Shown here: piece after piece, positions 28,697 through 40,800 of the stretch | Layout of the letters: each line of letters begins with the position of its first letter | Numbering within the stretch: the stretch's first letter is position 1 | Source: a virus | Length of the DNA stretch: 64,000 nucleotides | Strand: one strand, 5' to 3' | Virus record (IMG/VR): IMGVR_UViG_3300045988_097776 | The notes under the pieces: model-generated | The model's input: the letters and a program-made list of their open reading frames with translations, nothing else | The model's database searches: none | What the model was told of the DNA's origin: nothing | Made by a program: the position numbers and the translations under genes

Positions 28697-28976
28697 ATAT
28701 GAAATTGATTTTCCATTAGATACTAGAGAGCAAGACTTAAAGAGGCTAATCAATTAGTTATGGAAGTTAATACCAATGAAGGAAAACGATGAAGACTGGA
28801 TAAATCATTTAAATACTATGATAGAGGAAATTAGTGGTTTGGTTAGGATATATAAAGATAAAGTCGAAGGTCTTATCTTATTATCTAAATTAGAAGGTTT
28901 AACTTCAAGTGTATGTAAAGAAGATTTTATGATTTATCGAAAAACAGTCTTTAGATGTATAGATTTATTGGCATAG
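28689..28976 (+). CDS. head-tail joining protein candidate, 95 aa
   Basis: ATG overlaps the upstream stop; 1 in-frame TAG. Confidence 0.3.
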
Positions 28977-28986
28977 GTAATAAAAG

Positions 28987-29979
28987 ATGACGAATCTTGA
29001 ATTAATGAGGAAAAGACTCGAGTGGCAAGGCGGCGTTCGGCAAGAAGATAGAATGATAAAGGATAAATGGCGCACTCTTCAAAAAGCGTTATAGTATTCT
29101 TATCAAAGTTGTTCAGTTTAGATGGTACAAAAATCATCTTAGGTATTAGATGCATCTTTAGATGCTATTGATAATGAAATGGGTATTTATCCTATATATA
29201 GAGCGCTTATTAATCCCGATAAAGTAAAACAAGATTATGATGATAAGATAATTTCAATAGATCATATGGCAAAATATGAACCGGGAGATGTCTTTGAGTG
29301 GAAAAGAACTGGGACTTATTGGATTATCTATTTAGAAGAAATAACCGAGGATGCTTACTTTAGAGGAGAAATAAGACGTTGTAGATATAAGATTAAATTT
29401 AAAGATTAGGATGGAAAATGGTGTGAAACATGGGCGGCAATTAGAGGGCCAGTTGAAACTTAGATAGAATCTATTCAGAAAAATCAAGAGAGATTAGATA
29501 AACCTAATTTAAGTTTAAATATCCTCATGCCAAGAAATGAGAAAACAATTCATGCTTTTGATAGATATAAAGAATTTCTATTTGCGGGACGGTGCTGGAA
29601 AGTCTAGGCTCCAGACGATATTAGCATGAGAAATGTTATTGAAGTCAATGCAGAAGAGGACTATATCAATAGAGATACAGACGATATTGAGAATAGTATG
29701 AAAGATGGATTAGTTTTTGAGCCTGTTGATCCTACTCCAGAAAGTGGAATATTAGGTGAAACTTTCATTAAGCCCTTAATAAAAGAGACTTATTCTGTTG
29801 AAGAACCTAATGGAACTTGGTCAATACTAGAAAAAGATTTCCCTGTAACTTTATGTCCGAATGGAAATAAAGCAGTAGATTTAGTATGGAATAAATCTAC
29901 TCATGGTCAATTCACTCTAATATGGGAAAAAGAAAATATTACGCTAGAAAAAGTTATTGTGGTAGAGTCTTTGTTCTAA
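28987..29979 (+). CDS. head-tail joining / neck protein candidate, about 330 aa (may be two genes)
   Basis: The listed ORFs 29179 and 29626 share a frame and join across TAGs. Confidence 0.3.
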
Positions 29980-29991
29980 GGGGTGAAATTA

Positions 29992-30528
29992 ATGAAAAAG
30001 AATACCTATGAATATCCTAAATCTAGTTTATTGGGAATTTAGAAAGACGCTTCATTGATTATGGAGAGGATACTTTCTAATTAGAATGTTTTAAAGTTAT
30101 TAGCTTATAATACTAGAGATTGGAAAAGTAAACCTGCGGTTACCGGAGATATGATAAAGGAAATGATTGAAACATAGCAAATTTCTCCTGTGCCTAAAAT
30201 TAAAGTAGATAGGCCAGAAAAATCATATTTGCGATTAATTTATGGTACGATGGTTAGAAATTCTACTAATCCTGAATATAGAGATAATACCTTTGGAATA
30301 GATATTATATGTCATTATGATAATTGGGATTTAGGAGATTATGATTTGCGTCCTTATAGGATAGCCGGAGAGATAGATTCAATGTTGGATAAAACTCATT
30401 TAACTGGGATAGGAGAACTTGAATTTGTATCCGCTGTTCCGTATATTTATGATGAAGAGTTTGCCGGTTTGTCTCTTACCTATCTTGCAATTCGTGGTAA
30501 TGAGGATAAGGTAAATCCACTTGTCTGA
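29992..30528 (+). CDS. tail-associated protein, about 178 aa
   Basis: ATG at 29992; joins the listed ORF 30190 across TAGs. Confidence 0.3.
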
Positions 30529-30544
30529 TTATAGATTAGCTTTA

Positions 30545-31270
30545 ATGGCTGGGATTGATATTCCCATTCCTGAATTACAACTTATTATTCATGTTCCCAC
30601 CATTAAAGAAATAGCTCTTATAGGCGAGACAAAATTTTTTATGGCAGTTCAATATCTTTGTTTAGACAAAGAATCATTAATATAGGACGAAATTCTTTCA
30701 TCATCCTTAACTAATTTTCAAGTATTGATGAAGGTGTTAGAACAATCTTAGGATAAGGATAAGAAAGATGCAATTATCATGCTTCTTACGTTATTATTTC
30801 CTGACTATATACCACTATTTACGAGAAATTCTATTATTTTAACAAAATAGAATGAAAAGCAACCTATTTTGATAGATGATAATAACTTTGATATTTTCCA
30901 AGATACATTAAAAGAGGTCTTATGTGTAAATAGCATATTTCAAGGTAATAATGTTATCTATAATCCTGCGAATGATAGAGCAAAAGAAATAGCAGAGAAG
31001 TTAATGCGGGGACGTCGTAAAGTAGCGGAAATAAAGAATAAGGGAAATAATGAAAGTGTTTTAACACGTTATGTATCTATCCTAACAGTTGGATCTTAGA
31101 CAATGAGCTTGGAGGATTGCCTTAATCTCAATATGTTTTAGATATTTGACTTGATGGAAAGATATAATGCATTTATTGAATGGGATGTTGATCTGCGGAT
31201 TCATCTTGCAGGCGGCAAACCGGATAAACCAGTTGAATCATGGATGCGAGATATACATCCTAAAAATTAA
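30545..31270 (+). CDS. tail completion / terminator protein candidate, about 241 aa
   Basis: Joins the listed ORF 30869 and runs through TAGs to TAA 31268. Immediately precedes the major tail gene. Confidence 0.3.
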
Positions 31271-31284
31271 GGAGGAATTAGCTC

Positions 31285-32679
31285 ATGCGTTTTGGTATTC
31301 GTGAGATTTGCGATGTAGTGCTTCGTGCGAAGAGTTATCAAACCCTTGGTAATCGTAAGTTCTACAAAAATGAACCAGTTTTATATTTCGACACTTTAAG
31401 AACCTCTACTCTTGAGGGTGCTGCAACAACAGTATATGCGCAGGGCGGACGTGGATATTCTAGATTGATTGCTTGGGAAGGTGAGCGTACTCTAACCTTT
31501 ACAATGGAAGATGCTCTACTCTCTCCAGAAAGCTTCTCTATTCTTTCTGGTGCTGGCCTACTTGATGCAACAAAAGAAGCTCCTATCTATGTTCACCAGA
31601 CTTCTCAGATTGAAGTTGAGACTGCCAATACTATTATTGTTCCAGACAAGGCTTGCTGGAATGGATTTACTGACCATGATAATGAAATGTATCATCGTTC
31701 TGCCGACATCTTTGTGATGGTTTTAGGTGATGATGGTCAGGTTAATGCCGAGCCTTGTATTCCTGTTTCTGTAAGTTACACAGAAGATGGCAAAACAACT
31801 TTAACTTGTTATTCTCATGCGGGTGTACTTCCTGCGGGAACCATTGTTTTAGTTGACTACTATGTAAAACGTACCGGTGGAGCACAAATGATTGAAATTA
31901 CTGCTGATAAGTTTGGTGGTAACTATTATCTTGAGGCTTCAACTCTATTCCGTCGTGAGAGCGATGGCGTGGATATGCCTGCTGAATTTATCATTCCTAA
32001 CTGTAAAGTTCAGAGTAACTTCACATTCAGCATGGCAGCTAACGGAGATCCTTCTACCTTCACCTTTACAATGGATGCTTTCCCTGATTACACCAAGTTC
32101 GACCAAACCCATAAGGTATTGGCTGCAATTCAAGTAATTACTGATGAAAGCGGCGAGACCGAGGAAACTCGTGAGCCATGTTCTGAGAATGTAGGCACTT
32201 ATGAGAGCGAAGCTGCTGATGTGACTGTAAGTTTCGTATCTAATAGTGCTACAGCCGCAGAGCTTGATGTTACCGGTAATGTAACAGGAAAAGCTTATGA
32301 TACTGAGGCCTATGGCGATACTATCGCAGAAGCTGCTCAGATCAGCCTACAAATTCCAGTAGAGAGCGATAGCACCCAATATAATGTGGTAACTACAAAC
32401 CCAGCTTATGAGAAATACTTCTCTACAGACCCAAGAATTGAAGGTAATACAAAGACTCAAACCGTTAGTGGCGAAGAGTTGGCTCAAGGATTGCTTGTAA
32501 TTCTTACCAGCGAAGATCAGGCAACTCCTATTACCGCAAAGATTAATAAGATTAATGGTGATTTTGAAAAGAGTTATACCATTAACAACAAACTTAGCTT
32601 TGCTACATCTACCGCAGCAAAAGCTAAGACTAGCATTCGCAATAAGTTAGTCTCTGTCACCGAGGATGACGGAATTTAA
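31285..32679 (+). CDS. major tail protein (tube, or possibly sheath), 464 aa, no TAG
   Basis: GGAGG RBS. Large TAG-free gene followed by a strong terminator, located upstream of the chaperone and tape measure. Confidence 0.5.
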   Translation: MRFGIREICDVVLRAKSYQTLGNRKFYKNEPVLYFDTLRTSTLEGAATTVYAQGGRGYSRLIAWEGERTLTFTMEDALLSPESFSILSGAGLLDATKEAPIYVHQTSQIEVETANTIIVPDKACWNGFTDHDNEMYHRSADIFVMVLGDDGQVNAEPCIPVSVSYTEDGKTTLTCYSHAGVLPAGTIVLVDYYVKRTGGAQMIEITADKFGGNYYLEASTLFRRESDGVDMPAEFIIPNCKVQSNFTFSMAANGDPSTFTFTMDAFPDYTKFDQTHKVLAAIQVITDESGETEETREPCSENVGTYESEAADVTVSFVSNSATAAELDVTGNVTGKAYDTEAYGDTIAEAAQISLQIPVESDSTQYNVVTTNPAYEKYFSTDPRIEGNTKTQTVSGEELAQGLLVILTSEDQATPITAKINKINGDFEKSYTINNKLSFATSTAAKAKTSIRNKLVSVTEDDGI

Positions 32680-32685
32680 TCTAAA

Positions 32686-32722
32686 GGGAGGACTTAATGT
32701 CCTCCCTTTTTCTTTTTATAAG
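32686..32722 (+). terminator. rho-independent terminator
   Basis: AGGGAGGAC-TTAAT-GTCCTCCCT followed by TTTTCTTTTT. Confidence 0.7.
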
Positions 32723-32736
32723 GAGTAATTGGAGTT

Positions 32737-34173
32737 ATGGATATTGATATTTATGATTATGTTTAGCGTTGGTCTATTAACTATATTGTATATCACAGTA
32801 GCCATTTGAGAGAATATGGCGACGTAGAATCAGCGAATACCTTATTCAGCGCATAGTATCAATAGGCAGTAAATAAAGCATAGACCGCGGGAATTGAGGC
32901 TTAGATCTCCTCAATTCAAGAATAGATGCAGCTAAAAGCGCCTTCCGCAGCCAGTGGATTAAAGATTCTAAGTGATCTAGAGATAGGAACCCTATTAGAC
33001 TCTACTCTTGATTAGATTGCCGCCGGTATTAATGAGGGTATTGAATTAGCTGGTGGATAGGTAGATTTTGAAAACTATAATACTATATTGCAATAGGTTG
33101 GAAGCTTTAATAACTTGTTATCAACTGGTACACCGGAAATATAGAGAGTGAATGATTTCTTTAGGTTACTTATATCAGCTTTAACGAAAGCGAATATGAT
33201 AAATGTTAATGTTCTTGATGCTTTAACATAGATTGGAAGATAGCTAATAGGAACTAGCTTTTAGATAGATTAGGCATAGCAAAGTTATGTTATGGCTGTT
33301 GGCAAAGGAGATATAAATATCGCAAAAGATGTAATAGATTCTTTAAACAGGGCTGTTACTCGTTTAAGTGAATAGGGATCAGTAAACTCTCGTTCTTTTG
33401 CTAATACTATTGCTTATATATTTAGAAGGGTTATTGGAAATTAGATTAGTTAGGCGATAGTTGCAGAGGGTATATCAATAGGAGTTAATACCGCGGATAG
33501 TATATTAGATAAGGTAATCGCGCAATCTGGTGGAAAATTGCGATGGGTTGATAAAGGATAGAATAATGTCTCTAAGTCTAAAGGTACTACAAATATATTT
33601 AATAATGATACCTTTAGTTTGCAAGTAACCAAGGGCAATCAGACTTTTAATATAGAGATAGGGACAAATGTAAATGCAAGATGGCAAAATAAGAAAATGT
33701 CTTAGAATAAAATTTCTGCTTCTTCAAGTATGAATGTTGGAGAATATTTTTCTGGTTAGCCAGAGAAGTATCTTGCTTATAATATGATTGCTCATAGATA
33801 TACTGGAGCTGATTTTGAAGAATCGTTTAATAATATACGGGCTTCTGTTGCAGCGTCCTTCTTTAATTAGTGGATTCAGTCTAGTGAGTTTAGTTCATAG
33901 AAGGGTCATTTAGGATAGTTTATTATAGTTAATGGTAGAGTATTTTCAATCTAGCGAATTATTAATAATATCTGTGATGATATTGTTAGAAATAGTGCTC
34001 ATGAAGTGGTTTCTATTGGTGGAGAAGGCGCTCTGGGTAATAAGTGGTATGGCAATTCTGGAGCAAACATATTAGATGCAATCACCCGTAGTAATATAGT
34101 CAATGGAGTTATAAATAAATTAACTATTGCAGCAACTTTAAATAATAATATACTATCTAAATACGCATATTAA
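32737..34173 (+). CDS. structural protein of unknown function, 478 aa, with about 30 in-frame TAG codons (over 6 percent of codons)
   Basis: GGAG RBS plus ATG at 32737. One frame stays open to TAA 34171 when TAG is read as a sense codon. The product is globular-looking (…IGTNVNARW[Q]NKKMS[Q]NKISASSSMNVGEYFSG[Q]PEKYLAYNMIAHRYTGADFEESF…). Its neighbours have zero TAG. Confidence 0.5.
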
Positions 34174-34236
34174 ACTTGACAATAGTTAATTTTTCTAGTA
34201 TAATAAAAATATAAATGAGATAAAGGAGATTTTACA

Positions 34237-34767
34237 ATGACTTTTAAAGATTTGGGGCTTGAGCCTAAAGTTAAATATACAGAAGTAAAGGTTGGAGCAG
34301 ATAAGATTTTGTCTGTGGCTAATTATCTTCCTATTGCTGATAAAACAAATCTTATTATGTTTGTCACTGATTTATCAATAGATGAGGCAACTGGCTGTTT
34401 TAGTCCAGTTAGAGTGGAGACCTATTTTGCTATTGCTATATGCAGATGGTATGGCGGAATTACTTTTGAGCCAGAAGATGTGCATGAAAATATCGCAAAA
34501 ACCTATGACACTCTTGAGACAAACGGTGTAATTGATGCAATTCGTGATATTATTCCGGTGGAGGAACTATCTTTTATTGAGGATTTAGTTAAGGATACTA
34601 TAAGCGATATTTCAAGATATAATAGTTCTGCGGCCGGCATTATTCAGATGATGAATAAAAATGCTTCTGGTCTTGATACATATATTACTGATATGCTAGA
34701 AAAGATTAAGAATGGTGAAAATCTTGAAACACTATCAGTAATTAAAGATGTGGTTGGAAAAGATTAA
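34237..34767 (+). CDS. tail assembly chaperone candidate, 176 aa, no TAG
   Basis: Acidic protein immediately upstream of the tape measure. Confidence 0.45.
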   Translation: MTFKDLGLEPKVKYTEVKVGADKILSVANYLPIADKTNLIMFVTDLSIDEATGCFSPVRVETYFAIAICRWYGGITFEPEDVHENIAKTYDTLETNGVIDAIRDIIPVEELSFIEDLVKDTISDISRYNSSAAGIIQMMNKNASGLDTYITDMLEKIKNGENLETLSVIKDVVGKD

Positions 34768-34802
34768 TAAATCTAATAAAATTTACAAATTAGATAGAGA
34801 AT

Positions 34803-34838
34803 TAAAAGGCTCTTGAGAAGATATAATTCTCAAGAGCC
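34803..34838 (+). terminator. rho-independent terminator
   Basis: AGGCTCTTGAGA-AGATATAAT-TCTCAAGAGCCT followed by a T-rich stretch. Confidence 0.6.
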
Positions 34839-34877
34839 TTATTTGTTTTATCGTAGAGATAAAGGAGGAAAAGGACT

Positions 34878-37800
34878 GTGGCTAATAAAAGATTAAACTA
34901 TTAGATTGGGTTTACCGCTGACGCGAGTCAGCTAAAAACCTCTGTTAATGAAGTTATAAATAGTTTATAGAAATTAGGCAATTAGCCATCTATTTCTAGT
35001 GAACTTCAGTAGGCATCTTTGGCGGCCCTTGAATTGAGCCGTAATCTTTAGATGGCTACTAATGGAAATTCAGGTAAGTTAGATTTGACTGCTTTTAATG
35101 ATAGTTTAGTAAAAAGCGGAAAGACTTTAACAGACTATTATAATCAACTAAGCAAACTGGGAATTTAGGGGCAAGAAACATTCTTAAATCTTTCTCAGGC
35201 TATTATGGCGGCGGAAACTCCGTTAATCAGAACTAATAAGTTAATGTCTGATTTGTGGATTACAATGAAAAATACGGTTCGTTGGTAGATTACAGCAAGC
35301 ACTTTATAGGGTTTTATTGGCTCTTTAGAGACAGCTTATGGTTATGCAAAAGATTTAAATGAATCTCTGACAAACATTCGTATAGTTACTGAAAATTCTG
35401 CCGAGGATATGGCTGTTTTTGCTAAGTAGGCTAACGAAGCAGCTAAGGCATTGAGTACAACTACAGTAGATTATACTGACGCAGCTCTGATTTACTATCA
35501 GTAGGGCCTTACTGAGTAGGAAGTTTTAGATAGAACTGAAACTACTATAAAAATGGCAAACGCCGCGGGTGTTAGCGCTTAGACTGCATCTGACTAGTTA
35601 ACTGCGGTATGGAATAACTTCTATGATGGAAGTAAAAGTCTTGAGTATTATGCAGACGTCATGGTGCGCTTAGGTGCAGATACTGCATCAAGCTCTGATG
35701 AAATTTCAGAAGGTATCTAGCAGTTTGCCGCAGTTGCAGAGACGGTAGGTTTGAGTTATGAGTATGCCGCGTCTGCGCTTGCTACTGTTACTGCTACAAC
35801 TCGTGAATCTGCGAATACTGTAGGTACTGCATTTAGAACATTATTTGCACGTATTCAGGGCTTAAATCTTGGAGAAACACTTGATGATGGAACTACTCTA
35901 AATAAATATTCTTAGGCTCTTGATAAAGTTGGAATTAACATCTTTGACGTTAATGGAGAAATCAAGACTATGGATACTTTATTAGATGAAATGGGAGAGA
36001 AATGGGAAACTCTATCTAATGATCAATAGATTGCATTAGCACAGACTGTAGCTGGAGTACGTCAATATACTCGTCTTATTGCTCTTATGGATAACTGGGA
36101 TTTCTTCTAGGAAAATTTGGAGAGTTCTTATGGAGCAGAAGGATCTCTACAAGAACAAGCAGATATTTATGCTGAATCTTGGGAGGCGGCAAGAGATAGA
36201 GTAAGAGCATCCGCGGAAGATATTTATGATAGTTTAATAAATCCTGATTTTTATATTGGGGTAGATGATGTTCTTAGTCCTATTTTAAGTACAACTGCTG
36301 ATATTATTGATGGTTTAGGCGGAATGTCTGGCGTTTTAGCAACAACTGCTTTACTGATGAATAAGGCTTTTGGTGATAAGATTGCGCAAGGAATGAGAGA
36401 TATTGCTTCTAATCTTGGTATTATCGGATAGAGAGAAAAGGATAGAGCGCAAACTTTGAGAACTGAAGCCGCATAGATGGCTGATATTATCGCGAAATCC
36501 GCACTTGATAATACTATTTAGGGATAGATGGTAAATACTCAAGCTTAGATTGTTTAGCTTGAAGGAGAAGCGTCCGCTGCGGCCACACAACTATCTGAGC
36601 GCTAGGCTGGTATTTTACAACAAGATTTAGATAGAGTAAAGGTTTTATAGACATAGGTTAATTTAATTGGGTAGTAGGTTAGCAAATCAGATGAACTTAT
36701 TACAGCTTATACAAATAGTTTGTCTGAGCGTTTAGTTCCCAATAAAAAATGGAAGGATAATCTACTATCGGCGCTTGTGTTAGAAGATGAAAATAAATTT
36801 TCTTTTTATGAGGACATAGAAACAGAAATTCTCTATAGTTCAAAGACAAATTAGCAAGCCCTTTAGAGTTTAATTGACAAATTAAAAGTGGCGAGCGTAA
36901 GTCTTTCTAAGTTTTAGCAAGTATAGAAATTAGTTGGTTCTGGAACCAATGAAATCTCTCAAGAAACTATTAATTTAGTAAGAAGCCTAAATCTTTTTGA
37001 AGGTGCTCAAGATGCAACAAATTAGGAGATAATAGAATATCTTACTACCTCTTAGTAGTTTTAGGAAGCATTAAAGGGGGCAGAATCAGACGTTGCTGCA
37101 TTAAATAGAGTTATTACTTCTTTAGGTGATGGTTCTGTTAAATTTAAAAATGATCTAAGTGGTCTTGTAGCAGCTTTTAAGAATAATGAAATTAGTGTTG
37201 AGGCTTTTAGATAGGGATTAGAATTATTACAGTAGAAAACAAAAGAAATTAGTGAGGGGTTAAAGAATAACAGATATGCTACTTTAGACTGGGCTGAGAC
37301 ATTGGTTAAAGTAGGAACCACTTTATCGCAAGTTACAATGGGAATGACAAGTATTAATTCCATGTTCTCTACTTTTACAAATTCTGTGAAAGAGGGAGAG
37401 TTTACTGTTGAAGATTTTACAGTTATTCTTACTAACTTTGGAATGTTATTACCAACAATCTCTACCTTGTTTAAAAAGCAGGCATTACAAAATAGTTTAA
37501 CTGCAATATCGTATTTAACAGTTGGAGCTTCAGCTAAAACTGCGGCTGCTGGTATTACTACTGTTGGTGCGGCTATCTCAACTGCTTTACCACTTATTGG
37601 GTTAATCACTTTGGGAGTAACCTTACTTGTTAATGTTATTTCTCTCATTATTGTTACGGAAGAAGAGGCTAGAGAAAAAATATCTAGTGCTACCTAGGCT
37701 TATGAGGATTAGAAATCTGCATTAGAATCTTTAAATTCTGAATTATAGACAACGAAAGATAGAATAGAAGAATTAAATAATTAGGATTCTTTAAGTATAG

Positions 37801-40800
37801 TCGAACAAGAAGAATTAGAAAAACTTAAATAGGCAGAATCTTCTTTGTAGAGATAGGTTGAGTTACAAGAGAAGTTAACAGAAGAAGCGCAAAAAGCCTA
37901 GGCAAAAACTATCGAAGAGAATTATGATAAATCTACTAAGAGTTTGGCAGGAGGACCAGATTTAACCTAGTGGAGAAGTTGGAATGAATACAATGGAGAC
38001 TAGGACTGGTTTAAAGAGTTAGAATAGAGCATGGATTTAAATGATCCAAATGCTCAATTTGTACTTGAATAGAATAGATATACTTATAAAGATTAGTACG
38101 TAGATGCAGACACTTGGTTTAATAGTATTACTTAGGGCCTTGATAAAAATTCTGATGCCTATCGTGATTACTTAGTAGAGTATCAAGATTGGGTTACTCA
38201 AAATGAATAGATTACGGCACAGTGGGTAACTGACAATTCTGAAGCTATATAGCAAGCAGAAGATGATTATGCTGCATATATTAAATCTGTTACTGACGGG
38301 GTTATTGAGTATAATCCAGAAATGATAGCTTCAATGCAGGAGCAGTTATCTCTTATTCGTAAAAATCTTTATGGCAGTCAAAGTGAATATGAAGAGGTTA
38401 TATTAAAACCAATTTTAGATAACCAATCAGTTAAATAGATTTCTACTTAGCTTTATAGCACTTTGGCTAGTAGTGATATTAGTGCAGCCTCTGGTTTGAT
38501 AACAGAATCCATTAAAAATGAATTAATGTTAGCTGGAGTCAGCGTAGATGAGTTTTTAACTTTTGTAGATAGCAGAGTAGATGAAGCAAAGGAAAAAGTA
38601 GAAAGTAAATTTAGTGATTTTGATTTTGATTCTCTATCAAATGAGGATTGGGAAATCCTTATGGATGTCAATATAGATAATTTTGATGCGGTTGAAGAAT
38701 TATAGGAATTTTTAGATAATTATAAAATTAATGAAATAAATATAAATGTAAAGGGAATAGACGACTTAAAATCTATATTGGAAGAATTAAATAATAGTTA
38801 GAGTGCTCTTGAATCTGCCTTATAGTCATATAAGGATCAAGAAGGCTATCTAACCATGGATCAAGTTCAAGAACTCATTAATGCAGATGAAAGATATGCT
38901 TAGTATATTGTTAAAGTTGGAGATGCGTATAAACTAACAAATTAGTCTCTTTAGACATTTTTAGATTCTGAACGACAAGAAGAGCAAATTCTTGATGCTA
39001 CAATAGAATCTATGAAAGAAAAATATGGGGTAAATACTGATTATCTCTAGAATTATATTAATATGTGGGATGAATTAGTATCGCGAGCCAGTGATTCAAA
39101 TGCAATAAATGATTATACGTTTACAAGTGAAACTGATGTAGAATTGTTTAAAGAGAGAACATAGGCCCTTAGTGATAATGCGAAAGCGTATCAGGAGGGG
39201 GCAATATCTGCCCAAGAATATTTTGATACGATTAATAAAAGATTAAGTAATATAAATGCAGGCTTTCATAGATTAAACGAAGAAATTGACGATAATATAG
39301 AAGAAACTGATTTATATGAAGCTACTTTGGTCGCTGCAACCGGGTCTATAGGGGATGGACTGATAGATTTAAATAAAAAGTTTAAATCTGGAACCATCAA
39401 TATGGATGATTACTATGAGGGAACAATCGCTGCCACGAAAGCATTAATTACGGCTTAGTCTAAATTAAATTAGAATATTACAAAAAATACAGACGGAGTT
39501 TGGGAACTCAGAGATGGAGTAGATCAAACTACAATTTCTGAGGAAGAATATGCCAGAACCATGTCTGATATATCTAATTTAAATACTTGGGAAAAACAAG
39601 TGAGCGATGCCCAAGACATGATGGGAATTGTAAATAGTTTAGTAGATAATTACGATTACTTATTAAACTATGCTGATAGCTTTGGAGCGATAGATTTTAC
39701 CATTGATAATAATTTCGATACTACTGCGACAGAATTTTAGGCAATGGTATCAAGTATTGGACAATAGCTCGTAGGACTAGAATAGACTAATAACGAATCT
39801 TATAAAAGGATTCTCTAGGGTGTTCTTGATTAGGGAATAACGCTAGCAAATGGACTAGATACAAGCGCCGATGCTTTAATGCAAGCAATGTCCACTGATG
39901 CTAGTATCGCTGGAGCCGTTATTAATTCTACTATGTCCGAGAGTGCTAATACAATTAGCTCAACTTCATAGGCGGCTGGGGCTGTTCTAACAGCACTAGG
40001 AGATTTAATTTCTAATTTTGAATATGATTTAGGTTTTACTCCATATGTAAAATCATGGGGAAAATTATAGATAGATGATTGGCTAGCTGGCAAAGCGGAT
40101 CTTCCTTTTGAGCTTCCCACTCTAGGATTAAAAATTTCCGGCGAGGGCGGAGATGCTATTGGTAATTTTACTAATGCTCTAAAAGAAGCTGGTTCATATT
40201 TATCTTCTTAGGGTACGGGATCTGGATAGAATGGTATTTTTGATTATGGTTAGGAGCCATTTGCATTTGATCCTGATGGAGCATTAGATCCGAATAGAAT
40301 AGCAACAGACAATATTAGAAATAAAGATTCTGGCGGAGATAACGAAGGTACAAAATATGATGCCGAAGATGAAAAAACTCTTGAAGATATAGAAGATAGA
40401 TACCATGAAATAACTCGTGAGATTGAGAATTAGAATAATTTATTAGATGATATTGGTAATAATATAGATAGAGCATATGGAGCGAAGAAATTATAGGCTT
40501 ATTAGAAAGAGCTTCAAGAGTTAGAAAAACAGCAAGCTAATTATAATAAGATGCTTGATGAGGCTGAGACCTATCTTGAGAAAGATAGATCAGACCTTCA
40601 AGGATTATTCAACAATTCTCTTACTTTTGATGAAAATGGAGAAATTGAAGGTTATCAAGACGTTCTTCAATCTATTGTTGATGATTATAATAATAACTTC
40701 TTAACCGATTACAACGCTTTCTTATTAATGTTTAGCAGTCTTACTAAAGATGAATAGGAGGCTAGATAGGCAGAATATGATAGTTGGCAATTACAAAAAG

